A stretch of 63,706 nucleotides of DNA, filler included, from Globobulimina sp. (GCA_003354225.1; 51 parts of 51 records of this genome joined end to end with filler, not necessarily neighbours in it); one strand, 5' to 3'; positions 1 through 11,634 are shown, counted from the first letter of the whole stretch. Notes: generated from the sequence alone by a model not told the origin. Made by a program: numbers and translations.

Positions 1-120
1 GTATACAAAATAGTTAACAAACACTCGTTATCACGATGCGTGATCACTGCAAGGTGTTTTTGATTTAGTTATAACACATATGTGTCAAATGAGCGTTGTT
101 ACCACCGATCAACACTACGT

Positions 121-1105
121 AGTATTCAAAAATAAAAAAATATTTTAATTTTTGTTTTAAGCTTTGTTTTTGAACATGACACAACATAATTTTCACACAA
201 CATGGGTAGTTTCTAAATCTTCACACAACATGGAACAGAACGATTCATTGCAGCATTGGGCATTGAAATTTGAAGGTCTTTTACTAACCATATGTTAATT
301 CCATCTATATGTAATATATATATATCAGTGATCAGTGGTATTAGGACATATTTATAAAATTTAGGTAACAATCAATTGATGGGCATTCATTTTTTTTCTG
401 ATAACGAAGGGTATTTTACTATCCATATGTTTCCATCTATAATGGATCAAGATCGCCGGGATAATGAGTATAAAGAACAAAAATTGAAAAATAATTATAA
501 ACAAAAATTGAAAAATAAGTATAAAGAACAAAAATATCGGTTTAGATCTACAAAAAAAGGTAAAAACCATTCCAAAACTTACAGAAATAACAAGAAAAAA
601 TATTCCTATAATAGATGGTAAATTAAATTTCCAATTTCCAATATATGAATATAAATCAATATTAATTGTCATCCTTTTCTGACTCATTGATCATTGTAAG
701 TAATAAATTTAATGTTAGAAATTGACCACAATGTCATAAATATTCAAAAATAAAAAAAAATATTCTTTTGTAGTAAGTTCTGTTTTTTTGAGGTATAAAC
801 GCATCACATAATGCCTAAATCTTCACACAAAATCAAAATGGAACAGAACGATGCATTGCAGAAATACTCGATGAAACATTTCATGGAATTGCTGTTAACA
901 TTATATTATACAATGGATCAAGATCGCAGGGGTATATTCATTCAAACTTTAATGGATAATAAGTATAAAGAACAAAAATTGAAAAATAATTATAAACAAA
1001 AACAATCTCGGTTCAGATCCACAGAAAAAGGCAAAAACCATTCCAAAACTATCAGAAATAACAAGAAAAAACATTCCTATAATAGATGGTAAATTAAATG
1101 TGCAA
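121..1105 (+). repeat. Diverged tandem duplication (about 121-635 and 738-1105), each copy with a small Lys/Asn-rich ORF (376-621, 811-1092)
   Basis: Shared blocks ctaaatcttcacacaa, atggaacagaacgat, atggatcaagatcgc and aatagatggtaaattaaat; both peptides end KGKNHSKTxRNNKKKxSYNRW. Confidence 0.9.
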
Positions 1106-1152
1106 TTCCAAACTATTTTGCTGAGTTATTAATCTACTATTGAATGTATGCA

Positions 1153-1252
1153 NNNNNNNNNNNNNNNNNNNNNNNNNNNNNNNNNNNNNNNNNNNNTTAA
1201 TTAATTAANNNNNNNNNNNNNNNNNNNNNNNNNNNNNNNNNNNNNNNNNNNN
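1153..1252. other. Artificial contig linker (N44-TTAATTAATTAA-N44); first of 50 identical linkers spaced about 1250 nt apart
   Basis: Identical 100-nt spacer with six-frame stops recurs throughout; contig lengths step down 1152, 1151, 1150. Confidence 0.99.
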
Positions 1253-1464
1253 TTGTGTTTTCGTGTTTGTGTTTGCGTGTTATTTGTATGATTGGTGTTA
1301 TAATAATTTGGTGATGAATGTTGCATTATTGTTCGAATGATTGTTGTTTTGGGAGTGAGTGAGCGCGATGGTTTGGCTCCTTCGCATACATAACAATGTG
1401 TTAATGTGCACTCGTTTGAATATAAACAGTGAGAGCATTGCCACTGCGAAGGTAGTGCTGTCAT
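1253..1464 (-). CDS. RanBP2-type zinc finger protein, N-terminal fragment
   Basis: WQCSHCLYSNECTLTHCYVCEGAKP matches W-x-C-x2-C-x3-N-x6-C-x2-C. Confidence 0.85.
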
Positions 1465-1502
1465 AATGTCATTGTTGACTTAGCTCCGGAAAATTATTTA
1501 CG

Positions 1503-2201
1503 GTGTTTTTTTTAATGTTAACCATGGCCATGGAACAAAAACAAAAAGCTACAGTTTATGGGTATGTTCGACTGAATTATTGTGGAATACATGGATATCC
1601 AATAGATATTATTCAAATCATTTATCATTTTTATTCAATGACGATTGATTCAGATATTTTAAATTCAAAGGAACAATTGTCATTAATCAGTTTATTGTAT
1701 GATACGTTGAAACAACAGAAAGAACACCAAAATATGAAAACATTAGGAACAAAACTATTATATCGTGCATCTGAAAACGAGTATAATTCAAAAATATTCC
1801 ATCAGAAATGCGATAAAAAAGGGGCTACGCTATGTGTTATACATAATGATTACAATCACGTTTTTGGAGGATACGCCAACATATCATTTGATTTGAAAGC
1901 TGAATATGCAATGCCTGATCCAAATTCTTTTTTATATGTTGTCAGGCCAACACTACACTTGTTTGAACTATGTGAAACTGAAAAGAATGGAATAGATACT
2001 GTTTGGAATGATGCTGGTTTTGGGCCAGTATTAGGGAGAGGTAATGATTTATGTGTCAGCAACAATTGTACAGAGAGTTCAGGATGTCAAATACATCCGG
2101 TTTCATACAACTTCACCAGGGAACAAATGTGTGGCACAAAACTATCAGGCTTTGGTGTTAAAGATTATGAAGTATTTAGTGTTCAAATAAATGTTGATTA
2201 A
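1503..2201 (+). CDS. TLDc domain protein (true start probably ATG at 1515-1530)
   Basis: LLYRASENEYNSKIFHQKCDKKGATL...VFGGY...GPVLGRGNDL...VKDYEVF are TLDc hallmarks. Confidence 0.93.
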   Translation: MFFLMLTMAMEQKQKATVYGYVRLNYCGIHGYPIDIIQIIYHFYSMTIDSDILNSKEQLSLISLLYDTLKQQKEHQNMKTLGTKLLYRASENEYNSKIFHQKCDKKGATLCVIHNDYNHVFGGYANISFDLKAEYAMPDPNSFLYVVRPTLHLFELCETEKNGIDTVWNDAGFGPVLGRGNDLCVSNNCTESSGCQIHPVSYNFTREQMCGTKLSGFGVKDYEVFSVQINVD

Positions 2202-2329
2202 ACGTGGTGATATTTATTATTGTTTTTTCTGCCTTTCTACCCCTCCCCCCCCTGGTCGATAAGTTGTATACATTTAATTCAATTATCTGAGAAACGCTTT
2301 GCAAATCCAGAAACTTCCATGTTAGCTAT

Positions 2330-2404
2330 CATCATGGCAGTAACTGAGGGTTTAGTACGAGAGGAACGGCTCTTACACGATATGTGATTATTGGGTGCTG
2401 TGAC
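2330..2404 (+). rRNA. Eukaryote-type LSU rRNA fragment with the sarcin-ricin loop
   Basis: AGTACGAGAGGAAC at 2354-2367 closed by stem GAGGGTT/GGCTCTT, preceded by GCAGTAA; contig ends at 2404. Confidence 0.75.
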
Positions 2405-2504
2405 NNNNNNNNNNNNNNNNNNNNNNNNNNNNNNNNNNNNNNNNNNNNTTAATTAATTAANNNNNNNNNNNNNNNNNNNNNNNNNNNNNNNNNNNNNNNN
2501 NNNN

Positions 2505-3656
2505 AACTTCCTCTTTTTTATTATTTCTATTTCGTTTTTGATGTATTTCTAAACATTGATAATAATTATTATTTTCAACCAATAAATCACGTATTGTTTC
2601 ATTATAAATTTCTAAATAACTTACACAACATTTAAATTTCCATCCTTTCTCTTTTAATTTCTCTTTATATTCAAATATCTGTTGAATGGATCGTGATATG
2701 ATTCCTCTATTTTTACCATATTTATTTAATGATTGTCCTTCCATCGTATATGTCTTACCGCTGCCTGTTTGACCATAGGCAAATATGCATACTTTATATC
2801 CATCCAATGCCGATTGCACTAATTCTGATATTTCATTAAATACAATTTCTTGACAATCATATGGTTTAAATACACGATCAAATGTAAAATTATATTTTTT
2901 TCCTTGCGTCAATTTGCCTGAAATATTACTGATTGTTGGTGGTGTCAACAATGTGATTGATCCGTTTTCAATATTGTCAAATTCATAAATTGTTTTTCCT
3001 TCTTTCATGTCATTATCATCAAATTTCAACATCGGTCGAACTCTGCAAAAAACACGAATATTACCTTTTAATTCTTGTATTTCATTATGTAGTTTTTTAC
3101 GAATTTCTTCATTCTGTGCATGGAACACCGTGTTTTCACAGTTTGTGTTAGTTTGTAATAAAAAAAGAATAATGTTAACTTTTCGTGCTTTTTGTTGATA
3201 CCAATTGCATTTATTTTCAAATTCTTCAATTTGATCATTTTGTGCATTTATTGCATTTGTATATTTTTTAAATTGATTTTCACATATTTTTAATTTTTGT
3301 TTTAAAGAATGATTTTCTTGTTGTGTTTTTTGAAATTGTTGATAACTAACATTTGTATTTAACTCTTGCAATTTCCTTATTTTTTTGAGTTGATTATCAT
3401 TTAAATTGTTCAACGACTCATTTTTTAATGAAATATTTGCAATTTGAAACGTAAATGTTTTATCAAAGACTCATTTGAATTATTTTGTAAATTTTCAATT
3501 TGTTTTTTGATCATTTTGTTTTCGGATTTTATTTGTTTTATTTCATATTTGTTTTTCTCCAACATTTCATCTTTGCTTTTCGTTGATTCTGATAATAGTT
3601 TTAATTGTTGTTCAAACACACGTTTTTTTTTCACATTTTCTTGGAAAATTCTCTTT
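2505..3656 (-). CDS. Kinesin-14 (C-terminal motor, Kar3/KIFC1-like), partial; probable 66-nt intron at 3114-3179 and a frame break near 3470
   Basis: Coiled coil, then neck [24 protein letters not shown]-loop [14 protein letters not shown] and [14 protein letters not shown]. Confidence 0.97.
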
Positions 3657-3786
3657 NNNNNNNNNNNNNNNNNNNNNNNNNNNNNNNNNNNNNNNNNNNN
3701 TTAATTAATTAANNNNNNNNNNNNNNNNNNNNNNNNNNNNNNNNNNNNNNNNNNNNTTTTAAGTGTTTATCAGCCCTTGATTATTA

Positions 3787-4908
3787 GTGATGTACGGTCA
3801 TTTAGCAGTAAATCAGTCGATGTGCCATATATTCAATACGCACATGAAAGAGATTGATGACACTGCCGACGCCTTATCTGTATTTGCTGTATTAATATTT
3901 ATTTCTGTAACTTTATTAATGTTTAGCTGTTATAGCATTTATCGAGAAAGTTATGCTGATGACCCTGACTATTTAAATCATATTCGAACTGGTCAAGTCG
4001 GCAGTACATTTTTGCAATTATTGGGCACCACAGGTTACATGTTGGGAATAGTTGTCATGTACAGAGTGGCAACCATATTATTTTGGGCATTAATTACAGC
4101 ATTGCTTATGTTAATGGCTTTAAAATTTACTGAATCTTATATTCTTTTGGTATCCACAAATTATTCATTACAACATCATAATGAAATACCTACAAAATAT
4201 TTTAGAATCATTTTATTTGTGTGGTTTATTGGTTTCTGTATTGGTATAACCGGAACTGTTGCTATCTGTTTATCTGATTGTGAACAGAAAAAAAAACACA
4301 AAACAGAACATAAAATAAATTATAAATTAATGAGTGAATTATGTTTTACAACCTTGGCAATAACAGCGATGCTATTAGTTGTTATATTATTATGTATTGA
4401 GCATCGTATTAAACACAAATTTAGTCATTTATTGGAGAAACGATTAAAATACAAACAGGATAAAAAAGAATCTGCGTTAAAAGCAAAGTTATGTAACCAA
4501 TTACAGAAAGAACCAATTACAGTTATGGAACAGAAAGAAAATTCCGATGAACAGAAGCATGACAAAAATCGCGTGAATTTAAGCCGTTCTCCGACAACAA
4601 TATATAGTCTGAAAACAAACATTTCTAATTCGAGAGCGTTATCAACGAAATTCAGTGTTAATGATAGTATGGTTTCGGTGACATCGCAAAGAGATATTAT
4701 GATGAAATCAGAAGTTAAAAGAATGAATATTTTGATTGTTGGATTATATGCTTTGGTTTGTATATTTTTAGGGAATACATTGTTTTGGGGATATCAAACA
4801 TTGGCCAGTTTAACAGCAACTCATCATAAAAGTGTAGAATCTATGTCTCATAATGTGTGGTTTATTGCTTTGGTGTTATTTCCTCAATGGACTGTCATAA
4901 ATGTGTTT
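3787..4908 (+). CDS. Multi-pass (7TM/GPCR-like) membrane protein, 3' truncated
   Basis: About 7 hydrophobic segments with a long basic loop before the last two; paralog at 31288-31803. Confidence 0.7.
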
Positions 4909-5416
4909 NNNNNNNNNNNNNNNNNNNNNNNNNNNNNNNNNNNNNNNNNNNNTTAATTAATTAANNNNNNNNNNNNNNNNNNNNNNNNNNNNNNNNNNNN
5001 NNNNNNNNAATATTATGTTTCAAATCAACTTTCAGTTTACTGTCTTTTCTAAATGAATCTTTTTATTGTGTTTGTTTTTGTGTTGAATCTATTTATAATT
5101 TGTCAAAAGATTTAAATCAAGACTCGCTGCGTTGCGAAAAAATTTGTGTATACAAAGGGAAAATAAGTAATTTGGCTTATATTTGGTATACACAAATTAA
5201 AATATGTCAGAATGACTAGATTACTGTTATATGTTTTAAAAAAATATTGGTCGTCTTCGAGGGATCGCCTATCGAGTTTTCAAAACAAAAGCTGTTCTAA
5301 AATTGGCCAAGATCTAAGGAGTGTATACCAAACGAGAATTTCCAGAAATTTCTCTTTGGTGGAAATACCGTGAAATGCTTAATTTATTTATATTACTAGT
5401 ATATATTAAAGATATT

Positions 5417-6160
5417 TTAATAACTTTTTTTCAAAAAAGGATGTTTAATTACAAGTTGCTGTTCATTTTGATTTTGAATAAAATCATTTGAATATTGATT
5501 AAATTGCTCAATAAATTCTTTAATTTCGTCATGTTGCGATAATTTTTCAATATGATCATATAACCGAGGAAATTCCGCCAAAAAACCATCGCGGATTCCA
5601 TCAAATGTCATGGAATGAATATGTTTAGTTTTTGGATGTATTGCTGAGAGCATACTAAAAACCTGCAAATCTGCGATAGATAAAAGATCGCCAACAAAAT
5701 AACCATGTTTATGTCCTCTTGAACTGTTTTCCGAAATTCTCGCATTATATCGACCAAAAAATAACGGCAATTTGTCTGGATTATCTGTTAAATCTATATA
5801 GAATTTATAGAATATAAATTGTGCAAAATAATACATAGAATATAGTGCAAATAAAACCTTTTCTCATTTCAAGTTTTTTTTGTTCATCTTGCTCCATAAG
5901 TGATGGCGCCATAATTTTAAACATATCATCAAGACTCGCCAATATCTCATCGACTAATAAACAGTCAAATTTTTTTTTCGGATACAAATTATAATTTGTA
6001 ACAGCATCCTCACCTCGCATTTGGGCGACATATCGTAACAAAGCTGATGATTGACCAACGGTAATTGCTTGTTCTTGTTGATTAAAAAATGTTGCTTCTG
6101 GTAATCCCGTCCATCGAGGCGTATAGTCTGGATCATTACTTTTTTTCTGTGTAAATGAAT
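5417..6160 (-). CDS. Glutathione S-transferase, 5' truncated; intron at 5794-5857
   Basis: Spliced frame gives WTGLPE...VGQSSALLRYVAQ...LYP...YFVGDLLSIADLQVF...EFPRL. Confidence 0.9.
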
Positions 6161-6260
6161 NNNNNNNNNNNNNNNNNNNNNNNNNNNNNNNNNNNNNNNN
6201 NNNNTTAATTAATTAANNNNNNNNNNNNNNNNNNNNNNNNNNNNNNNNNNNNNNNNNNNN

Positions 6261-6749
6261 TATGAGTATTGATGCTATTTTAAAACAGACAGTGGAGTAT
6301 ACAGCAAATAATGATACAGTGGATGAAAAGGATGAAATTATACTCAAAGTGTATGATAATGACATTATAATTGATGAAGACGTTGAGTTTAAAGGGTTTG
6401 ATGATGATATTGGTGATGGTGAGGTTTTGAGCATGCAAAAGTTACGAAAGGATATCAAAGGTATTTTATTATATTGCATTCTTGCTGTAATATATTAATT
6501 TATGCAAATGAAGGTATTCGAAGCGAGGTATCAATGATATGGGACCTTGTGAGTCAGTTAAAAAATGATATGCAAACAATCAAAGAATATCAGTTGGAAA
6601 TTATTACAAACACAAAACAAAATAGCTTAAAAATACTCGATCATCATACCAAAGTAGTAAATGAAATCAAGAAAATAAAAAATAACATTGACAATGACAA
6701 TGATAGCAATGATGATGATGATAATAAAAAAGATAGTGACTCTTTTTAG
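6261..6749 (+). CDS. C-terminal part of an acidic hypothetical protein; intron at 6461-6513
   Basis: A 53-nt GT-AG intron joins ORFs 6262-6498 and 6474-6749 in frame. Confidence 0.65.
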
Positions 6750-6801
6750 GAATTTCGTAAACATTTTTTTAGCAAAAACCTAGCATTACAGCACATAGAA
6801 C

Positions 6802-7239
6802 ATGGCAACGTACCAGCAACATATTGTGCCAATCAACGAGAATGTAGTTAGAAGAACATTGTTGCGAATGGACACTAAAACTTTAATAAAACAATGTAAA
6901 TCCCAACATATAGCCTACTATGGGAGTCGTGGTGAAATTGTTAATCGATTAATTGGCAGATCTACAAAGAAAAAACGATGGCGAACGAAACCACGCAAAA
7001 AGACCAAAGCCAAAAAGAAAAAGAGCAGCATACGTGCGAGAATCACACCGTTTATGAATATCCACCAATCCTCTACAAAAGCAATCGATCTCCTCGAGCC
7101 ATCGTACGTCTCCAGGTTGCTGGAAACACCTATTGATATCAACTCTCTGAAATATGTCCCTGCGACAAGAATACAAACAACTCCCGCCAAGGCCACCAAC
7201 GTTGGTGTTAACACCAGTGGGAGTCGAATTTTATGTTGA
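6802..7239 (+). CDS. SAP-domain-like basic protein
   Basis: LLRMDTKTLIKQCKSQHIAYYGSRGEIVNRL fits SAP motif spacing; Lys-rich NLS-like tract follows. Confidence 0.6.
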   Translation: MATYQQHIVPINENVVRRTLLRMDTKTLIKQCKSQHIAYYGSRGEIVNRLIGRSTKKKRWRTKPRKKTKAKKKKSSIRARITPFMNIHQSSTKAIDLLEPSYVSRLLETPIDINSLKYVPATRIQTTPAKATNVGVNTSGSRILC

Positions 7240-7512
7240 CACTTTGCAAAACCAGTTTCTTGCATCGTTATACCACGTGCCCAGCAAAATCAACCTTGAG
7301 ATATCCATCTAGGTATTTAATAATAATAATAGTACTCTTTTCGAGGCTGGAGTGCTCCCCATGAAGAGCCCTGGCGCCAAAGTCGTCGCGATCGAATTAT
7401 TTAAGGGTATTTNNNNNNNNNNNNNNNNNNNNNNNNNNNNNNNNNNNNNNNNNNNNTTAATTAATTAANNNNNNNNNNNNNNNNNNNNNNNNNNNNNNNN
7501 NNNNNNNNNNNN

Positions 7513-7910
7513 TCTGAACTGTGACTTGCTAATTTAATTAAACAATTATCTATTTTTGCAACGTGATCTCTGAACTGTGCGTATAAAAGAAAGTACGTAA
7601 TATTAATTGAATGCAAATTAATTAAACAATAATAATAAAAAAAAAACACATGCAATAGCACGTAATGTCACATTTAAAAGCATAAATAATAAAAAAATCA
7701 CACAATTCAAACCAAACAATTCAAACATAATCAATTAATTTAATTCTGGCGCAATTCCGAGCGCGCAAATTCGCAAAAGACAGAAAGAATAAATATATAA
7801 AAAATTAACACACACAATTTCATGCAACGATATTCAAACCATTGAAACCAAACAATTCAAACAATATAAATAATTAATTTAATTCTGGCGCAAATTCGCA
7901 ACTCGCAAGA
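7513..7910. repeat. AT-rich imperfect direct repeats
   Basis: aaaccaaacaattcaaaca...taatttaattctggcgcaa occurs near 7708-7755 and 7845-7893; tctgaactgtg at 7513 and 7569. Confidence 0.75.
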
Positions 7911-7995
7911 CATAAATACATGCAAAGGATAGAAAATGTAAATATTTAAACACAAAATAAGATATTTAAGTAATTTAATTGCACCCAAATACCAT

Positions 7996-8514
7996 TCAAT
8001 TATGGTTTACATTAAAGTCCTCCAACATAGAGCGTGGTGGACCATAACTTGAATCTGACGACGGTGGGCCCCGGGAATATCGACTTGATTGCCGCGATAA
8101 ACGTCTTCTTTTTCGCGGTGGCGGTCGCGGCGTTGGGGAATATGCACTCGAATCTGACCATGATGGCGAATAAACACTATGAATGGTTGAATGCGACGAC
8201 GGGCCACTATCGACTTGAAATTCTGACTCGGACGAACTCAATAAATTCACAACCACCCGCGGTCTCGGCTGATTTACTAATCTGACAATTGAGGGCGACG
8301 ACGATAATTCACCATTGCTCAATATGACAATTGAGGGCGATGTCGTTGGATCTCTGGCCGGTGGGGATTCGGTTAATTCATCTCCTCCCTCGTCGCTGCG
8401 CGTCGACTCATCCTCGGTAGTTTCATTTCCATCGGCTTGAATGCTGGCTTGAATGCTCGCTAGACGACGAATAATATTCCGGCGCCGGTTTATCTTTGGG
8501 TGCCGATGACTCAC
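7996..8514 (-). CDS. Ser/Pro/Arg-rich disordered hypothetical protein
   Basis: 172-codon GC-richer open frame with an RKRRR NLS-like motif; no domain recognised. Confidence 0.45.
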   Translation of the reverse strand: MSHRHPKINRRRNIIRRLASIQASIQADGNETTEDESTRSDEGGDELTESPPARDPTTSPSIVILSNGELSSSPSIVRLVNQPRPRVVVNLLSSSESEFQVDSGPSSHSTIHSVYSPSWSDSSAYSPTPRPPPRKRRRLSRQSSRYSRGPPSSDSSYGPPRSMLEDFNVNHN

Positions 8515-8764
8515 GTTCCGCTTTTCTATGTTGGTTTGGTGGCGGTGTGGCAGACATTGTTATATAATATAAAGAGGATGGAAAATGTAGAGTTTAGAGA
8601 AGAGGATGGTTAAAGATGAAAATGTAGAGTTTGAGTTTTTGAACTTAAAAATGTTCATACAGTCNNNNNNNNNNNNNNNNNNNNNNNNNNNNNNNNNNNN
8701 NNNNNNNNTTAATTAATTAANNNNNNNNNNNNNNNNNNNNNNNNNNNNNNNNNNNNNNNNNNNN

Positions 8765-8971
8765 GCGGTGATGCATTGGACATATCGCCGGTGGACAGCA
8801 TCCAAGCATCGGGTGATTGTATGCGGAACAAAGAAAAGGATATCGATCTCATTTTTTACTGGACCAAGTATGAATGCATTATTGTCGCCAATGCCAAATT
8901 GCAAAAAATGTACTCTTGATACAACTTCTCATATTGAAAGAAAATTTGGACTTTCTCATTCTCAAACTTGA
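8765..8971 (+). CDS. 2OG-Fe(II) oxygenase (isopenicillin N synthase-like), C-terminal fragment
   Basis: WTYRRWTASKHRV...RISISFFTGP carries the HRV iron ligand and RxS motif. Confidence 0.8.
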   Translation, partial: AVMHWTYRRWTASKHRVIVCGTKKRISISFFTGPSMNALLSPMPNCKKCTLDTTSHIERKFGLSHSQT

Positions 8972-9082
8972 AGTAAAAGTTTTTTAAAAATTAAAGAAGC
9001 TTTGGTTAAGTCAGCATAGGTCCGTCTCAGTTCCTTGCAATTGTACGATCCAAAAGCTAATTTTACAATTACAATATTAAAC

Positions 9083-9877
9083 ATGTATCATTTTACAACA
9101 ACATTAACATATCTCATTTTAACACTTCTCCTCTCGACAGGCCTTTCACTAAATGGCCTTTCACTAAATACTTACAACATAACATATGAAGCGAGTGGAG
9201 AGACAATCTGGAGATCAACATCTACATTCAAGCCACAAATAGCAACATCTTACGGAGAAATCAGATTAGGGCAAGTAATGAGTATTGAGTTTGATTTCAA
9301 ATATGAAGGCCGGGCCTCACCATTCAAGAACCAATTTTTTCGAATTGGCGCTGCGGCCATCGGGCAAGGCTGTAATACGCAAGAATCAAAATATCCATCC
9401 ATGTGGTTAAAATATGGCCGTGGCGCAATACTCGATATACAATTTTCTGGTGATGTATCATGTCAACATCCAAATTATTTATTTGATTATGGTGACCTCA
9501 ATGTTAACGCCAGTCATCATATTATAATATCATTGAACAACGCAAATATATCCATCATAATAACCGGTGGTGGCGCAGGTAAAATATCGCCGTACACACA
9601 AACCTGGCCACGCGATCCAACGCCGATACATCTTCTCGGCAGCAACGTATCCGTCTGGTGGATGGGGGATAAATACAGCAACGATAATTATGATCCAGTC
9701 TTGGCTTCGTGCTCCAATATAATCATCAAAACAAACCTGTATACACATACTGCCTCACCGACGCCAAGCAAAGTAACACAGCCACCATACATTGCACCAT
9801 CGATATTTGCGTCAACAACACAGCATACAATATCGCCTACTGGCACACCATTGAAATCACCGACCAAGGTTGGTTAA
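9083..9877 (+). CDS. Secreted/surface protein with a beta-rich (ConA/LamG-like) domain and Pro/Thr stalk
   Basis: Signal peptide MYHFTTTLTYLILTLLLSTGLS, beta-strand pattern, SPTPS/SPT repeats. Confidence 0.65.
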   Translation: MYHFTTTLTYLILTLLLSTGLSLNGLSLNTYNITYEASGETIWRSTSTFKPQIATSYGEIRLGQVMSIEFDFKYEGRASPFKNQFFRIGAAAIGQGCNTQESKYPSMWLKYGRGAILDIQFSGDVSCQHPNYLFDYGDLNVNASHHIIISLNNANISIIITGGGAGKISPYTQTWPRDPTPIHLLGSNVSVWWMGDKYSNDNYDPVLASCSNIIIKTNLYTHTASPTPSKVTQPPYIAPSIFASTTQHTISPTGTPLKSPTKVG

Positions 9878-10016
9878 CACTTTGGTTTTTGAAAAACAAT
9901 TATTTTAATGTGTTACNNNNNNNNNNNNNNNNNNNNNNNNNNNNNNNNNNNNNNNNNNNNTTAATTAATTAANNNNNNNNNNNNNNNNNNNNNNNNNNNN
10001 NNNNNNNNNNNNNNNN

Positions 10017-11135
10017 AATTTGAAAACAAATGTTTTCAATTCAGTTATTTTCGTAGTAATGGTTTCGTCACTTTGCTGCCGACTGGTTTCATCTGTAAAA
10101 ACAGTGTCGGTCTGTTGTGTATATAACAAAATAAATGCACCACATTTACTATTTATGCAATCGGTGCACAGTCCACACCGTAGTTTTTTGCAAAGGAATG
10201 GGAGTATCCCCCGGAAAGCCAAAGATCTGAGCACGAGTACTAATGTCCGCTCTGTCGAATTCTGAATGTGTGAGCTGCCTCTCAATCATCATTGAATTGT
10301 ATCGTGAAATTTGTCTGGGCATTTTTCTGTAGTTTTATACGCAAATACATGATGATCAGAACATGTACATTTAAGTAAAAAAAGGTTTGACAGCATGTGT
10401 GTACATACATTTTGTCAATGAAAAAAAGCTTTTTTTTAAGTGATCTGATTATCAGTAATTGCATATAAGTTCAAATAACATGGGATTGATTTTGATTGCC
10501 GATGTTCTGGGATTAAGCTTGATTGTATCCGATTGATCGCGGTGTAATGAGCCCATATTCATTGGGCGTTGTTGTTCCATTAATAATTTCTGTTCTAATG
10601 ACCTGATTTCTGAGTTTTTGGAAGCAATCTGTAATTTGCGGTCTTTATTTATTATCTTTAAATCAAAGGTCTCTTTTTTGAGTTTTTTTATGGTGGTTTT
10701 GTGATCGGCCAATTGGTGTTTTAATAATGTAACATTTTGTTGATGTCTTTCATTTTGCTGCAATACATTTTGATGTCGCACTGATTGCTGACAGAAAGAA
10801 TCATGATCAGTTTGCAATGATTTTAAGCGGCTTTGTTGTCGATCCGTTGTCTGTTGTAACTGTTCAATATGACTGGCTAATATCGCTTCTTTTTCTTTAT
10901 ACTGCAGAGTTAATTTTAATTCTATCTCCTTATATTTTGTTGTGTTTTGCGTGTTTAGATTTTTTAATACTTCGACTTTTTGCTTTAAGATTGCGTTCTC
11001 TGTTTCCAATGATGATATATTAGTAATGCAATCTATATATATATGTTGGTAACGTAGAATAAATACATGATTATATGCGTAAGTACATGCATGAACCGAC
11101 ACACTTGTAATTTTATCATTTTTATGCTGCGTCAT
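10017..11135 (-). CDS. Coiled-coil hypothetical protein, multi-exon, partial
   Basis: Heptad-rich ORF 10452-11135 with a probable further exon in 10017-10285. Confidence 0.55.
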
Positions 11136-11268
11136 TGGTAATTTCCAGTTGTTAAAATGTGTGACAAGNNNNNNNNNNNNNNNNNNNNNNNNNNNNNNNN
11201 NNNNNNNNNNNNTTAATTAATTAANNNNNNNNNNNNNNNNNNNNNNNNNNNNNNNNNNNNNNNNNNNN

Positions 11269-11634
11269 AATAACTGTCAACATTTTGTGCGAGATATTGT
11301 GGCTGTGTTGGATCGGAAAGTTGCTTTGTCGTTGAATGCGTTTTTAGATCATACGACTTTGACTAATTTGATTCCTGTGGTTGCGATTGGCGATGGATTG
11401 GCTGAACACGCGCGGACATTGGAAATAAGTAAGCAACTCGGCGACGCCTTGAATGAATATGGCAGGAAAGCAAAGCAAAGAAAACTTTCAAAATCAAAAA
11501 GGAATCAACGAATCAAAGCTATGGATAACAATAATAATAATCATGGTAATTCCAATGAGAATGAGCCAGACAAAAAGGAGCATGTCAAGGTAGAACATGA
11601 TGAGGTTGGACAGGAGCAAATAGATAAAGCATAA
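11269..11634 (+). CDS. C-terminal fragment of a hypothetical protein
   Basis: Open frame from the contig start, protein-like composition. Confidence 0.55.
   Translation, partial: NNCQHFVRDIVAVLDRKVALSLNAFLDHTTLTNLIPVVAIGDGLAEHARTLEISKQLGDALNEYGRKAKQRKLSKSKRNQRIKAMDNNNNNHGNSNENEPDKKEHVKVEHDEVGQEQIDKA

Noticed and set aside
1153..1252. Regularly spaced TTAATTAATTAA as a biological repeat or CRISPR-like array
   Set aside because: Always embedded in N runs; it is a synthetic six-frame-stop linker
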